Below, piece by piece: positions 17,560 to 26,195 of a DNA stretch of 64,000 nt; the stretch's first letter is position 1, and every line of letters begins with the position of its first letter. The stretch is from an uncultured Bacilli bacterium. GTDB lineage: Bacteria > Bacillota_I > Bacilli_A > RFN20 > CAG-826. Position numbers and translations under genes: made by a program. Under the pieces are notes generated by a model, which worked only from the letters and a program-made list of their open reading frames with translations, did not search any database and was not told the DNA's origin. Where the stretch lies: assembly GCA_944358895.1 (NCBI GenBank), contig CALVSB010000001.1, positions 31,355-95,354 on the forward strand, given 5' to 3'.

Positions 17560-18750
17560 GTGACCCGGATCATCATGCACATCGACCTCAATGCCTTCTT
17601 CGCCCGGGCCGAGGAGATCCGCCATCCTTCCTATGAAGGGAAGCCGATCGTCGTCGGGGGAAGCGGGGCGCGGGGCGTCGTCTCGACGGCGAGCTACGCC
17701 GCGCGGAAATATGGCATCCATAGCGGCATGCCGCTCTTCCAGGCCCGGCGCGCCTGCCCCGATGCCCTCTTTTGCCCGGTCGACTTTCCCTATTACGAAA
17801 TGCTTTCAAGGTCCTTCCGGGCCTATCTCGGTCGCTATTCCTCCCTCGTCGAGCCGGCCTCGATCGACGAATGCTATGTCGATTTGACCCGCCAGCTCTA
17901 TAGAAGCGCCGACCCGATCCCTTACCTCAAGGCCCTCCAGGACGGGCTATTAAGGGAAATCGGGCTCAAGAGCTCGATCGGCCTCGCGGCGACGAAGTTC
18001 CTGGCCAAGATGGGGAGCGACTACAAAAAGCCGATGGGGATCACAATCGTGCGGAAGAAGGACATCGACGCCCTTTTCGGCCCCCTCCCGATCGAAAGCT
18101 TCTGGGGCATCGGCAAGAAGACCTCTTCCCGCCTCCGGGAGCTCGGGATCAGGACGATCGGCTCGCTCAAGGAGAGTTTACTCAGGGCCGAAAGCGGGAC
18201 CCTCAAGGTCCTCGGGTCCTTCGCCCCGACCTGCCTTCTTTGGCTGAAGGGCGGCGGGGACGACCGCGTGCGGAAGGAAAGCGAGGAAGCCAAGTCCATT
18301 TCCCGCTCGATCACCCTCGGCTCCGATAGCGACGACGACGGGCTTATCCTCGACAAACTCAAGGAGATGAGCGGCGAGATCGCCATCGCCCTCCTTTCCG
18401 AGCGGAAGAAGGCTCGGACCGTGACGATGTCCCTCCGCGACCCGTCCTTCCGGACCCATAGCCGTTCCCTCACCCTCGAGAAGGGGATATCGACGTCGCA
18501 GGAAATCTACGAGCAGGGGAAGGAACTCTACGAATCGTCATTCGCAGGCTGGACGGCCCGCCTCGTCGGCCTCGGGGTGAGTGGTCTCTACGACCCCCGG
18601 GAGGAAACGGTCCAGATGTCTTTCTTCGACTACCCGGAATTCGAGAAGATGGACGCGACGAAGCTCCTCGTGAACGAATTCAACCGCCGCCTCAAGAAGG
18701 GCGGGAAGCTGATGTTGGCCCGGGAGGCCAAGAAAAATGGAGCTGAATGA
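17560..18750 (+). CDS. dinB: DNA polymerase IV (Y-family)
   Basis: 396 aa. The N-terminus MTRIIMHIDLNAFFA aligns with the DinB MRKIIHVDMDCFFA motif. Catalytic residues (D, SIDE) are present. The GTG start is from the ORF track; the alternative in-frame ATG is at 17575. Confidence 0.88.
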   Translation: MTRIIMHIDLNAFFARAEEIRHPSYEGKPIVVGGSGARGVVSTASYAARKYGIHSGMPLFQARRACPDALFCPVDFPYYEMLSRSFRAYLGRYSSLVEPASIDECYVDLTRQLYRSADPIPYLKALQDGLLREIGLKSSIGLAATKFLAKMGSDYKKPMGITIVRKKDIDALFGPLPIESFWGIGKKTSSRLRELGIRTIGSLKESLLRAESGTLKVLGSFAPTCLLWLKGGGDDRVRKESEEAKSISRSITLGSDSDDDGLILDKLKEMSGEIAIALLSERKKARTVTMSLRDPSFRTHSRSLTLEKGISTSQEIYEQGKELYESSFAGWTARLVGLGVSGLYDPREETVQMSFFDYPEFEKMDATKLLVNEFNRRLKKGGKLMLAREAKKNGAE

Positions 18751-19621
18751 GGCGGCCTCCCGTTATTTCCAGTACCTCATCGTCGAGCGGGGCGACAGCC
18801 CTTCCTCGATTGAGAGCTACCGGGAGGATCTTTTCGCCTTCGAGAAGGAGCACCCCGAGATTACCCAAGCCGAGGAACTCTCGGTCGAGGTCATCAAAGG
18901 CTACCTCTCCTCCCTTTTGGAACGGGAGTTCGCCCCTTCGAGCATCCTGAGGAAGCTTTCCTTCTTCCGGCGCTTCCTCCTCTTCCTCGTCGAGGAAGGC
19001 TACGCCGCGGAAGCCCTCCCGCCTTCCTTCCGGGGACCGAAGAAAAGGAAGCGGCTCCCCAACGTCCTATCGACGAGTGAGGTCGAGGTCCTCCTTTCGA
19101 TGCCGGACGAGGCGACCGAGCGCGGGGCGAGGGACAAGGCGATGCTCGAGACGATGTACGCGACCGGCCTCCGGGTGAGCGAGCTTTGCTCCCTCAAGAA
19201 ACGGAACCTCGACCTTTCTTCTTCCCTCCTCCGCGTCGTCGGGAAAGGAAGCAAGGAGCGGACCGTCCCCCTAAGCGACTACGCGCGGGAGTGCCTCCTT
19301 TCCTATCTCAACGGCTTCCGGGCCCATAACAAGGGAGCCCGCGGGCCCTATCTCTTCCTCAACCGGGCCGGGAAGCCGGTCAGCCGGAACTATTTCTTCC
19401 TGGCCGTCCGCGAATACGCGGCCAAGGCCGGGATCGACAAGCGGGTGAGCCCCCATACCCTACGCCACAGCTTCGCGACCCACCTTCTCGAAAACGGGGC
19501 CGACCTCCGCTCGGTCCAGGCGCTCCTCGGCCATAGCAAGATCAAGACGACCGAGATCTATACCGAAGTATCCTCCAGGCGGATCATCGGGGCCTACGAC
19601 CTTTACATGAAGCGGCACTAG
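18737..19621 (+). CDS. Tyrosine recombinase XerC/XerD family
   Basis: 294 aa with an N-terminal SAM-like domain and a catalytic R...HxxR...Y motif (HTLRHSFATH...EIY). Chromosomal context, no flanking repeats. Confidence 0.8.
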   Translation: MELNEAASRYFQYLIVERGDSPSSIESYREDLFAFEKEHPEITQAEELSVEVIKGYLSSLLEREFAPSSILRKLSFFRRFLLFLVEEGYAAEALPPSFRGPKKRKRLPNVLSTSEVEVLLSMPDEATERGARDKAMLETMYATGLRVSELCSLKKRNLDLSSSLLRVVGKGSKERTVPLSDYARECLLSYLNGFRAHNKGARGPYLFLNRAGKPVSRNYFFLAVREYAAKAGIDKRVSPHTLRHSFATHLLENGADLRSVQALLGHSKIKTTEIYTEVSSRRIIGAYDLYMKRH

Positions 19622-19731
19622 GCTGGCTTCAACTTGACATTTTTTTCCAGAAGGCCAACCTATTTTTGACGAGTCTACGAACATGGAGGGGCGCCTCTTT
19701 TAAGAAGTGGCTTCCTTCAGAGGTAAGAGCC

Positions 19732-20376
19732 ATGATAAGCAAAAACACTTTAGCCTTCTTCCTCGTCCGCGTTCTCATTGCCTTCTCTTTTCTATTGGCC
19801 TTCCTCCTCGTCCTCATCTGCGGCGGCTACGAGGGCGGATATGTCAATTACGTCGGCCTTCCCAATAACGTCTATCTCTACGCCATGTATGTGATGCCCT
19901 TCCTAAGCATCTACAGCTTGGTCTATCTCCTCTTCGTTCATCGTCCCCGGAGTTGGGCCGACTATCTTTCCGCCGTCCTTTTCTTCATAGGCCTTGCCTT
20001 CAACGTCTATCTCCTCGTCTTCTTCTACGGCGGCCGGGCCTACTTCGGAAGCCCTCGGGGCCTGGCGGCCTCCTATGCCGCGGCGGCGGCCGGTCCTCTG
20101 ATGAGCCTTTTCTACCTCGCGGGGGACGGCCTTTCCTTCTTCCTCTACCGTGAGGACAACGAACGCCTGACCAGAGAAGGGAGCGGGAAGACCTCCTATC
20201 TCGCCTTCCTCGGCGTCCTCGGGGCGGTGGTCATCATCGTCATCCTCTTCCTCGCCATCTATCCTTTCGCAAACCCCGTTCCGCCGGGCTACTGGCATTC
20301 CTCAGAACCCGCTTCCTCCTTGCTCGGGACTCTCTCCCCGGGAGGAAATGCCTTCCTCCTTCCTCATTGGCTATGA
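19732..20376 (+). CDS. Hypothetical polytopic membrane protein
   Basis: 214 aa with about 6 TM helices. The start was chosen at an ATG with an upstream GAGGTAAG. Confidence 0.5.
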   Translation: MISKNTLAFFLVRVLIAFSFLLAFLLVLICGGYEGGYVNYVGLPNNVYLYAMYVMPFLSIYSLVYLLFVHRPRSWADYLSAVLFFIGLAFNVYLLVFFYGGRAYFGSPRGLAASYAAAAAGPLMSLFYLAGDGLSFFLYREDNERLTREGSGKTSYLAFLGVLGAVVIIVILFLAIYPFANPVPPGYWHSSEPASSLLGTLSPGGNAFLLPHWL

Positions 20377-20393
20377 GAAAGATCGTCTTCGTC

Positions 20394-20426
20394 GCCCGGC
20401 TCCCTGAAGGAGCGGGCCTTTTCTTT
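20394..20426 (+). terminator. Rho-independent terminator
   Basis: GCCCGGCTCC / GGAGCGGGC stem with loop CTGAA, followed by CTTTTCTTT. Confidence 0.55.
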
Positions 20427-20456
20427 CCATCCGAAGAAACAAGACAAGCGTAACCT

Positions 20457-20484
20457 TTGACTAATCGGGCGCGCGGAATAAGAT
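20457..20484 (+). promoter_or_regulatory. Sigma-A type promoter of deoB (-35 TTGACT, 16 nt spacer, -10 TAAGAT)
   Basis: The -35 and -10 hexamers and their 16-nt spacing were read directly. The AGGAGA RBS follows. Confidence 0.45.
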
Positions 20485-20503
20485 AGTCCTTAGGAGAAAA
20501 ACA

Positions 20504-21700
20504 ATGCCTTTCAAGCGGATTTACCTTATCGTCGCCGATTCCCTCGGGGTCGGCGAGGAGCCGGACGCCGCGCGCTTCGGGGACGTCGGAAGCAATACCT
20601 TCAAGCATGCTTCCTATAGCCTGAGCGATTTTGCGGTCCCGACCCTCGCTTCCCTCGGCGTCGGCGCCCTCGACGACATCAACAACACCCCGGATGTTCC
20701 TTCCCATCCCCATAGCTACGTCATGCGGCTGAGGGAGGAAAGCAACGGCAAGGACACGATGACCGGCCACTGGGAAATGATGGGCATCTACACCGAGAAG
20801 CCCTTCAAGACTTTCACCGACACCGGCTTCCCCAAAGAGCTCATCGCCGAGCTCGAGGAAAAGACCGGCCACAAGATCCTCGGCAACGTCGCCGCCTCGG
20901 GGACCGAGATCATCAAGGTCCTCGGCGAAGAGGCCATGAAGGAAAACGCCATCATCGTCTATACCTCGGCCGACAGCGTCCTCCAGATCGCCGCCCACGA
21001 GGAAGTCACCGGCCTCCAGGAACTCTACCGTTGCTGCGAGATCGCCCGGGAGATGTGCCTCCGGCCCGAATACCGGGTCGGGCGGGTCATCGCCCGTCCC
21101 TTCCTCGGGGATAGCCCCGCGAACTTCAAGCGGACGAGCAACCGCCACGACTATGCCCTGAAGCCGCCCCTCCCGACCGACCTGAACGTCCTTATGGAAG
21201 CGGGCTACAAGACGAACGGCATCGGCAAGATCGGCGACATCTTCGACATGTACGGCATCGGGGATAGCGTCCACACCGTGAGCAACGAAGACGGGATGGA
21301 CAAGACGATCCTCGACGCTAAGAACCGGAAAGAGGCTGGGCTCACCTTCGTGAACCTCGTCGAGTTCGATAGCGAGTATGGCCACCGGCGGAATCCCGAG
21401 GGCTATGCCCGCTGCATCATGGCCTTCGATGCCCGGCTGAAGGAACTCCTTCCCCTCATCGGGGAAGACGACCTCCTCCTCATCACGGCCGACCACGGGA
21501 ACGACCCGACCTTCAAAGGGACAGACCACACGCGGGAAAAGGTCCCTCTCATCGCCTACTCGCCTTCCTTCAAGAAAGGAAGATACCTCGAGGAGCGCTC
21601 ATCCTTCGCCGACATCGGCGCCAGCATCCTCGAAAACTTCGGGCTTAGGAAACCCGAGCATTTGATCGGTACCCCCATCTCCGAGATCCTCGGGGATTAG
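20504..21700 (+). CDS. deoB: Phosphopentomutase
   Basis: 398 aa, alkaline-phosphatase-like metalloenzyme; the N-terminus matches DeoB. Confidence 0.9.
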   Translation: MPFKRIYLIVADSLGVGEEPDAARFGDVGSNTFKHASYSLSDFAVPTLASLGVGALDDINNTPDVPSHPHSYVMRLREESNGKDTMTGHWEMMGIYTEKPFKTFTDTGFPKELIAELEEKTGHKILGNVAASGTEIIKVLGEEAMKENAIIVYTSADSVLQIAAHEEVTGLQELYRCCEIAREMCLRPEYRVGRVIARPFLGDSPANFKRTSNRHDYALKPPLPTDLNVLMEAGYKTNGIGKIGDIFDMYGIGDSVHTVSNEDGMDKTILDAKNRKEAGLTFVNLVEFDSEYGHRRNPEGYARCIMAFDARLKELLPLIGEDDLLLITADHGNDPTFKGTDHTREKVPLIAYSPSFKKGRYLEERSSFADIGASILENFGLRKPEHLIGTPISEILGD

Positions 21701-21724
21701 GATAAAAAAGAAAGGAACAACACG

Positions 21725-22711
21725 ATGAAGAAAACGCTGCTTTTGAGCGCGGGCTTCCTGGCCGCGCTCGCCCTCGCCGCCTGCGGGGGGAAAACCACCT
21801 CTTCGGAAGCCGCCACTTCCGAGGACGTCGTCTTCCTGACCCCGACCGGCTCGCCGTCGCTCGCCTTCTACGACCAAGGCAACAATGAGAACTGGACCTC
21901 CACGAGCGATGCCACCTCGATCCCGGCCTCCTTCGCGGCCGGCACCTACGATGCCATCGTCTTCGACGGGGCCAATGGGCTTAACGTCATCAAGAAGAAC
22001 GGCTACAACTACAAGCTGGCCCGCTGGATTTCCGGCGGCAACTTCTACGTCGTCTCGACCAAGCACGAGGCCGGCGACGCCTTCGAAGGAAATGAGACCA
22101 TCCAGGCCTTCAACCAGACCGGCAACGCCTCGCTTTCCTTCAACAAGCTCGCGACCGACTACTGGAAGTGGGATTACGAGCCGAGCCAAGTCACCTATGC
22201 CGACGGCGTCCAGGCCGTCATGCAGACCCTCGTGAGCAACGACCAGGCCTATGACTACTACGTCATCGCCGAGCCGGTCCTTACCAATGCCAAGACCCAG
22301 CTCGCGGCCAAGGGCATCAAACTCAACACCATCTACAACCTCCAGACCGAGTGGAAGGAAGCCGGCTACGGGGAATCGATCCCGGCGGCCGCCCTCTTCT
22401 TCAACGTCGACAGCTATGCGAGCAAGAAGGCCTCCCTCGATGTTTTCCTCGAGGAGACGGTCGAACGGATCGACACGGCCATTAGCGACCCGGCCAAGGT
22501 CGTCGAAACCCTTGAGGCCTACGGTTCGGCCACCGAAATCCAGGCCCGCTTCGGCTATCAGACGGCCCAGGTGACGGCCCTTCAAAGCAACGGGGAAAAC
22601 CGCTTCGGCCTCTTCGGGAGCGATGTTGATCTTGGCGGCAACGCCAGCTTCGCCAACTCCTTCTGGACGGCTCTTGGCAACGAGGCGTTTGCCGACAGCC
22701 TCTTCCTTTGA
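21725..22711 (+). CDS. Lipoprotein, putative ABC-transporter substrate-binding protein
   Basis: 328 aa with a signal peptide and lipobox LALAAC. It lies adjacent to an ABC permease. It is probably a periplasmic-binding-protein fold, but the family is uncertain. Confidence 0.55.
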   Translation: MKKTLLLSAGFLAALALAACGGKTTSSEAATSEDVVFLTPTGSPSLAFYDQGNNENWTSTSDATSIPASFAAGTYDAIVFDGANGLNVIKKNGYNYKLARWISGGNFYVVSTKHEAGDAFEGNETIQAFNQTGNASLSFNKLATDYWKWDYEPSQVTYADGVQAVMQTLVSNDQAYDYYVIAEPVLTNAKTQLAAKGIKLNTIYNLQTEWKEAGYGESIPAAALFFNVDSYASKKASLDVFLEETVERIDTAISDPAKVVETLEAYGSATEIQARFGYQTAQVTALQSNGENRFGLFGSDVDLGGNASFANSFWTALGNEAFADSLFL

Positions 22712-22733
22712 TTAAACGCGGCGACATCGACTA

Positions 22734-22758
22734 GGAGCCTTGGGGCTCCTTTTCTTTT
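22734..22758 (+). terminator. Rho-independent terminator
   Basis: GGAGCC-TTGG-GGCTCC hairpin followed by TTTTCTTTT. Confidence 0.6.
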
Positions 22759-23016
22759 GGGCTTGATTCCTCTCTTAGTCCAATTCAGGGCCGTGGCTCA
22801 ACGAAGCGGACCATCGACCATATTTTCCCCGCCTCCGTCCCAAAGCGCGTTTTCTGGGCCTCAGCCAGGCCTTTGAAGACGAATGTAGGTGTGACGCTTT
22901 GTCGGAGGCGGCAGCTCCTCCAGCGAGGAGAGAAGTATAAGCAAGGTCCGGGATGAGCGGGGGCTTCCTTTCTTTTTTTCTTAGGGATACGTCTGACGTG
23001 AGCGGCCCGCAAGGCG

Positions 23017-23024
23017 TGTATAAT
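23017..23024 (+). promoter_or_regulatory. Extended -10 element (TGTATAAT) of the permease gene
   Basis: The ATG at 23031 lies 6 nt downstream. No SD sequence (leaderless). Confidence 0.45.
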
Positions 23025-23030
23025 TCACCC

Positions 23031-23888
23031 ATGGCCAAAGCGAAGAAAAGGATCAGTAGGAAAGGATGGGCCCTCATCGGGGGGACCCTTGGGGTCTTGC
23101 TCCTCATTGCCGCCTGGTGGGCGGCTTCCGCGATCCTCGAGAGTCAGAAGAACTACGTCCTCCCTTCGCCCTACGCGGTCCTATGTTCTCTCATCGAGGC
23201 TCTTTTCGGGCCCGAGGCGGGAATGACCTACGCGGCCATCGGCTATACCTTGGCCCGCTCGCTCGGGGGCTTCGCCTGCGCCTTCCTCGTCGGGGGACTC
23301 CTCGGGTCGCTCGGCCACGAATGGCCGTTCCTCGATGCGGTGGTGGCCCCTTGGAACAAACTGGCCAAGGTCTTCCCGACGGCGGCCGTCTCCCTAATTC
23401 TCATCGTCATCTTCTCGCGCGACGCGACGATGATGAACATGATCCCGGCCGTCCTTTCCTTCCTCGTCGCCGAGCCGATCCTCTACGAAGGCTTCCGCAG
23501 CGGCCTACGTAACGGGCCGAGCAAGGACGAGCGGGAAGCCCTCGCCCTCGATGCCGGGGAACGTTCTTTCCAAGGACTTCTCCAGGTCGAGCTCCCGGCA
23601 GCGGTCGGCTACATCCTGACGGCCGTGGCCTCCTCCCTCGGCCTTTCGATCAAGGTCACCATCATGAGCGAGGTGCTGGCCAACTTCTCGAACGTGAACA
23701 AAGGAATCGGGAGCCTCATCGTCCTCTCCCAGCAGTACGCGGTCATGCCCGACCTCATCGCCTACTCCCTCCTCGCGATCGTCGTGAGCTTCGCCTTCGA
23801 CTTCGCTTCCTTCCTCTTTAGGCGGGGAGCCAAACTCATCGAGAACCGGAAAGAGCTTTCGGAGAAGAAGGACGACCGGCTCGAATAA
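23031..23888 (+). CDS. ABC transporter permease (NitT/TauT/SsuC-like)
   Basis: 285 aa with 6 TM helices. The listed ORF extends upstream to 22953, but the ATG at 23031 sits 6 nt after the TATAAT box. Confidence 0.75.
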   Translation: MAKAKKRISRKGWALIGGTLGVLLLIAAWWAASAILESQKNYVLPSPYAVLCSLIEALFGPEAGMTYAAIGYTLARSLGGFACAFLVGGLLGSLGHEWPFLDAVVAPWNKLAKVFPTAAVSLILIVIFSRDATMMNMIPAVLSFLVAEPILYEGFRSGLRNGPSKDEREALALDAGERSFQGLLQVELPAAVGYILTAVASSLGLSIKVTIMSEVLANFSNVNKGIGSLIVLSQQYAVMPDLIAYSLLAIVVSFAFDFASFLFRRGAKLIENRKELSEKKDDRLE

Positions 23889-23911
23889 GATAGAGACGAA
23901 GACAAACAGGC

Positions 23912-23935
23912 AGCTGCCGGCTCGGCAGCTTTTTT
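23912..23935 (+). terminator. Rho-independent terminator
   Basis: AGCTGCCG / CGGCAGCT 8-bp stem followed by TTTTTT. Confidence 0.65.
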
Positions 23936-24205
23936 GATGGCCGAGGAGGGCGAGAGGCGCGTTTCTTTTTTTCCTTATATATAAGAGGATAGGAAAAAGG
24001 GAATCATGGAAGGCCAGAGGGCAGCCGAATAACTGACGGGCATTCGTTATAAGTGGTTGCCTAAGCACAAAGCCCGGGGCAGGGAGCAGCCTTTCGAAAA
24101 TAGGGAAGCAGACGAGAGCGGGCCAACGAAGTTAAGGGGGACCCAAGCACAAGGAGATGAGCAGGGAACCTATTTAACAATTAGTAGTTTTGAAGAAGGA
24201 GAGAA

Positions 24206-24238
24206 ATGAAGAGGCCAAGAAAGAGCAAACCGCGCTAA
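24206..24238 (+). other. Candidate 10-codon sORF (MKRPRKSKPR) with a strong SD
   Basis: AAGGAG lies 4 nt upstream of the ATG. It sits inside an AT-rich non-coding island. Coordinates are plus or minus 1. It may be a chance ORF. Confidence 0.2.
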
Positions 24239-24411
24239 AATATCCGGTTAGTAGTTTTCTAGTATTTGCCTAAAATTGGTGGAAAAGCCTTTATCATGGT
24301 GAATAAAAGCGCTTTCCTAGAAAAACATAAATCCTTATTTACAAGCCAATATCTTATCTTTTTATATTTTTATTAACATAATGGTTATTATGCGAAGTTA
24401 TGTGTATCAAA

Positions 24412-24438
24412 GAAAAACGGCAGCTTTTGGGCTTGCCG
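24412..24438 (-). terminator. Rho-independent terminator after rsfS
   Basis: On the minus strand, CGGCAAGC-CCAAAA-GCTGCCG is followed by TTTTT. Confidence 0.55.
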
Positions 24439-24469
24439 CTTTCATGTAACTACTAATCGCTTGGGAGTC

Positions 24470-24814
24470 TTAGGCTTCGCGCCGCTTGCTCTCCTCGAGC
24501 AGCTTGTCGAGGCCGACGCTCTCCCGCATTTCCGGAAGGAAGAGATGGACGAGGATGGCATCGGCCTCGAGGGCGATCCAACCGCTCTCCGGGGTTCCGT
24601 CCCGGTGCTCGATCTCGAGCCCGAGCTTCGCCAAAGCCTCTTCGATCGCGTCGACCAAGGCATTTAACTGACGGGGATTTCCCGCCGTGGCCAAGAGGAA
24701 GTAGTCGTCGAAGGGCGTCTGGTTCGAGACATCGATCGCCTCCACCGCTTCGGCCTTCTTTTCCTCGAGGGCGGCCACTAAGGCCTTGAGGGTTGCTTCG
24801 TTGTCTTTTTTCAT
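24470..24814 (-). CDS. rsfS: Ribosomal silencing factor RsfS (Iojap)
   Basis: 114 aa, Iojap/DUF143 family. The start was chosen at an ATG with an AGGAAAGGA RBS. It is the last gene of the yqe operon. Confidence 0.85.
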   Translation of the reverse strand: MKKDNEATLKALVAALEEKKAEAVEAIDVSNQTPFDDYFLLATAGNPRQLNALVDAIEEALAKLGLEIEHRDGTPESGWIALEADAILVHLFLPEMRESVGLDKLLEESKRREA

Positions 24815-25920
24815 TTTCGATCCTTTCCTAGATAGAGATCCATGCATTGCTCGCTGAGAGCATTGTCGCTTCCGCTGCCCTGCTTCTTGAGGAAGGCCCG
24901 GTTGGCCTTCAAGACGGCAAGGAAGCCCACGTAGTAGTTGGAGAGGCAGCTCCGGATGAGCTTCCGGGAATCGTAGCCCCGCCCCGGCTCGATCTTGTCG
25001 GCGCTATAAACAATCTTCTGGAGGGGCGTCATGTGGGGCTTCCCGGTGCAATGGTAGGCGATGGCCTCGATCACTTCCGGGTCGAGGACCTTGAAGTCCT
25101 TCTTCGCGAGATAGGCCCCGACCCATTGATGGAGGGCGTAGCCCGGATAGTCGCGGTAGGCGTGGTATTCCCGGCTCACGATGTCGCGGCTTTCCACCTC
25201 TCCCACGTTCTTGCCGATGTCGTGGAGGAGCCCGGCCTGGAAGGCGAGATCCGGCCTTTCCAGCCGGCTATGGAGGGCGATCGAGTAGGCTAGCGAAGCT
25301 ACCGAGATCGAATGTTCCAGCCGGCGCTCGTCGAGGTAGAAGGCTAGCTTCTTCATGAAGTAGAGCTTCCGCTCGACGATGTAGCTGAGGACCGGATAGG
25401 GGACGTCGAGGCAGGAGAGGGAACGGACGCCCGATGAGGAGACGGCCCCGGGATTGGCTCCTTCGAGCCGGTGGATGTTGAAGGTCCTAAGAGCCGAATC
25501 GTCGACCTCCACCCCTTCCCGGGGAACGTAATAAATCGAAGCGAGGCGGGCGATTTCCTCCGGGTCCTTCCACCGCGGGAAGGAATTGGCCTCGTCGCTT
25601 CCGATAAGGAGGATGAGGTCGCGGCCGGGATAAAGGCGCTTCATCTCGCGGACGGTGTCAACGGTATAGGACACCTCGCCTTTCCTTTTCCCTTCGATCT
25701 CGCTTACGGCGAAGGAGGGGGAACCCTCGTTCTTGAGGGCCCTTCGGAGCATCGTGAGGCGCTCGGCGAAACTAGCTTCCGGCTTTTTCCAGCGCGGGGC
25801 GTAGGCCGGGACGAAAAGGACGTCGGCCTCGAAGTAGTCCCGGGCCCGGCGGGCGATCCTTAGATGCCCTTCGTGGATGGGGTCGAAGCTCCCGCCGTAG
25901 ATGACGAGGGGGTCTTTCAT
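24811..25920 (-). CDS. nadD: Nicotinate-nucleotide adenylyltransferase NadD fused to the HD-domain hydrolase YqeK
   Basis: 369 aa. The N-terminal 190 aa carry the nucleotidyltransferase motif GGSFDPIHEGH. The C-terminal part carries an HD domain (HD...D motifs) typical of YqeK Ap4A hydrolase. NadD-HD fusions are reported in Mycoplasma (recalled, not checked). Confidence 0.85.
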   Translation of the reverse strand: MKDPLVIYGGSFDPIHEGHLRIARRARDYFEADVLFVPAYAPRWKKPEASFAERLTMLRRALKNEGSPSFAVSEIEGKRKGEVSYTVDTVREMKRLYPGRDLILLIGSDEANSFPRWKDPEEIARLASIYYVPREGVEVDDSALRTFNIHRLEGANPGAVSSSGVRSLSCLDVPYPVLSYIVERKLYFMKKLAFYLDERRLEHSISVASLAYSIALHSRLERPDLAFQAGLLHDIGKNVGEVESRDIVSREYHAYRDYPGYALHQWVGAYLAKKDFKVLDPEVIEAIAYHCTGKPHMTPLQKIVYSADKIEPGRGYDSRKLIRSCLSNYYVGFLAVLKANRAFLKKQGSGSDNALSEQCMDLYLGKDRK

Positions 25921-26195
25921 TTCTTCTTTTCTTTCTCCCGGTAGAGGACGAGAACCCGTCCGATCGCCTGGACCGGCACGGCCTTGAGGCGCCTAGCGAG
26001 TTCGTTCAAAGCCTCCTTGGAGGAGAGGGGAGCGCTGCTCAAGACGGAGAGCTTGGCCAGCTCGTTCTTCTTAAGATAGGCATCGACGGAAGCCACGGTC
26101 GCTTCCGAGATGCCTTCCTTCCCGATTTGGAGGAAGGGGCGAAGAAGCTGGGCCTTGGCCCGGAGCTCGCGGATCGAGATCTTATTTTCTTCCAT
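25917..26195 (-). CDS. yhbY: RNA-binding protein YhbY (CRS1/YhbY, CRM domain)
   Basis: 92 aa. Confidence 0.75.
   Translation of the reverse strand: MEENKISIRELRAKAQLLRPFLQIGKEGISEATVASVDAYLKKNELAKLSVLSSAPLSSKEALNELARRLKAVPVQAIGRVLVLYREKEKKK

Noticed and set aside
17560-17574. Alternative ATG start of dinB at 17575
   Set aside because: Not rejected outright. GTG at 17560 restores the conserved MxxIIHxD N-terminus and was kept, but a leaderless GTG start is atypical. The ATG at 17575 remains possible.
18737-19621. Tyrosine recombinase as evidence of an integrated phage or integrative element
   Set aside because: It is overlapped by dinB and followed by ordinary chromosomal genes. It has an XerC/D-type N-terminal domain. 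No flanking direct repeats, tRNA gene or phage genes are present.
23937-24440. RNase P RNA, tmRNA or SRP RNA in the orphan island
   Set aside because: No GGAAAGUCCGG (RNase P) motif, no tmRNA tag-reading frame with a CCA end, and the GGAAGCAG-like motifs do not sit in a convincing SRP helix-8 context. This cannot be confirmed without a covariance-model search.
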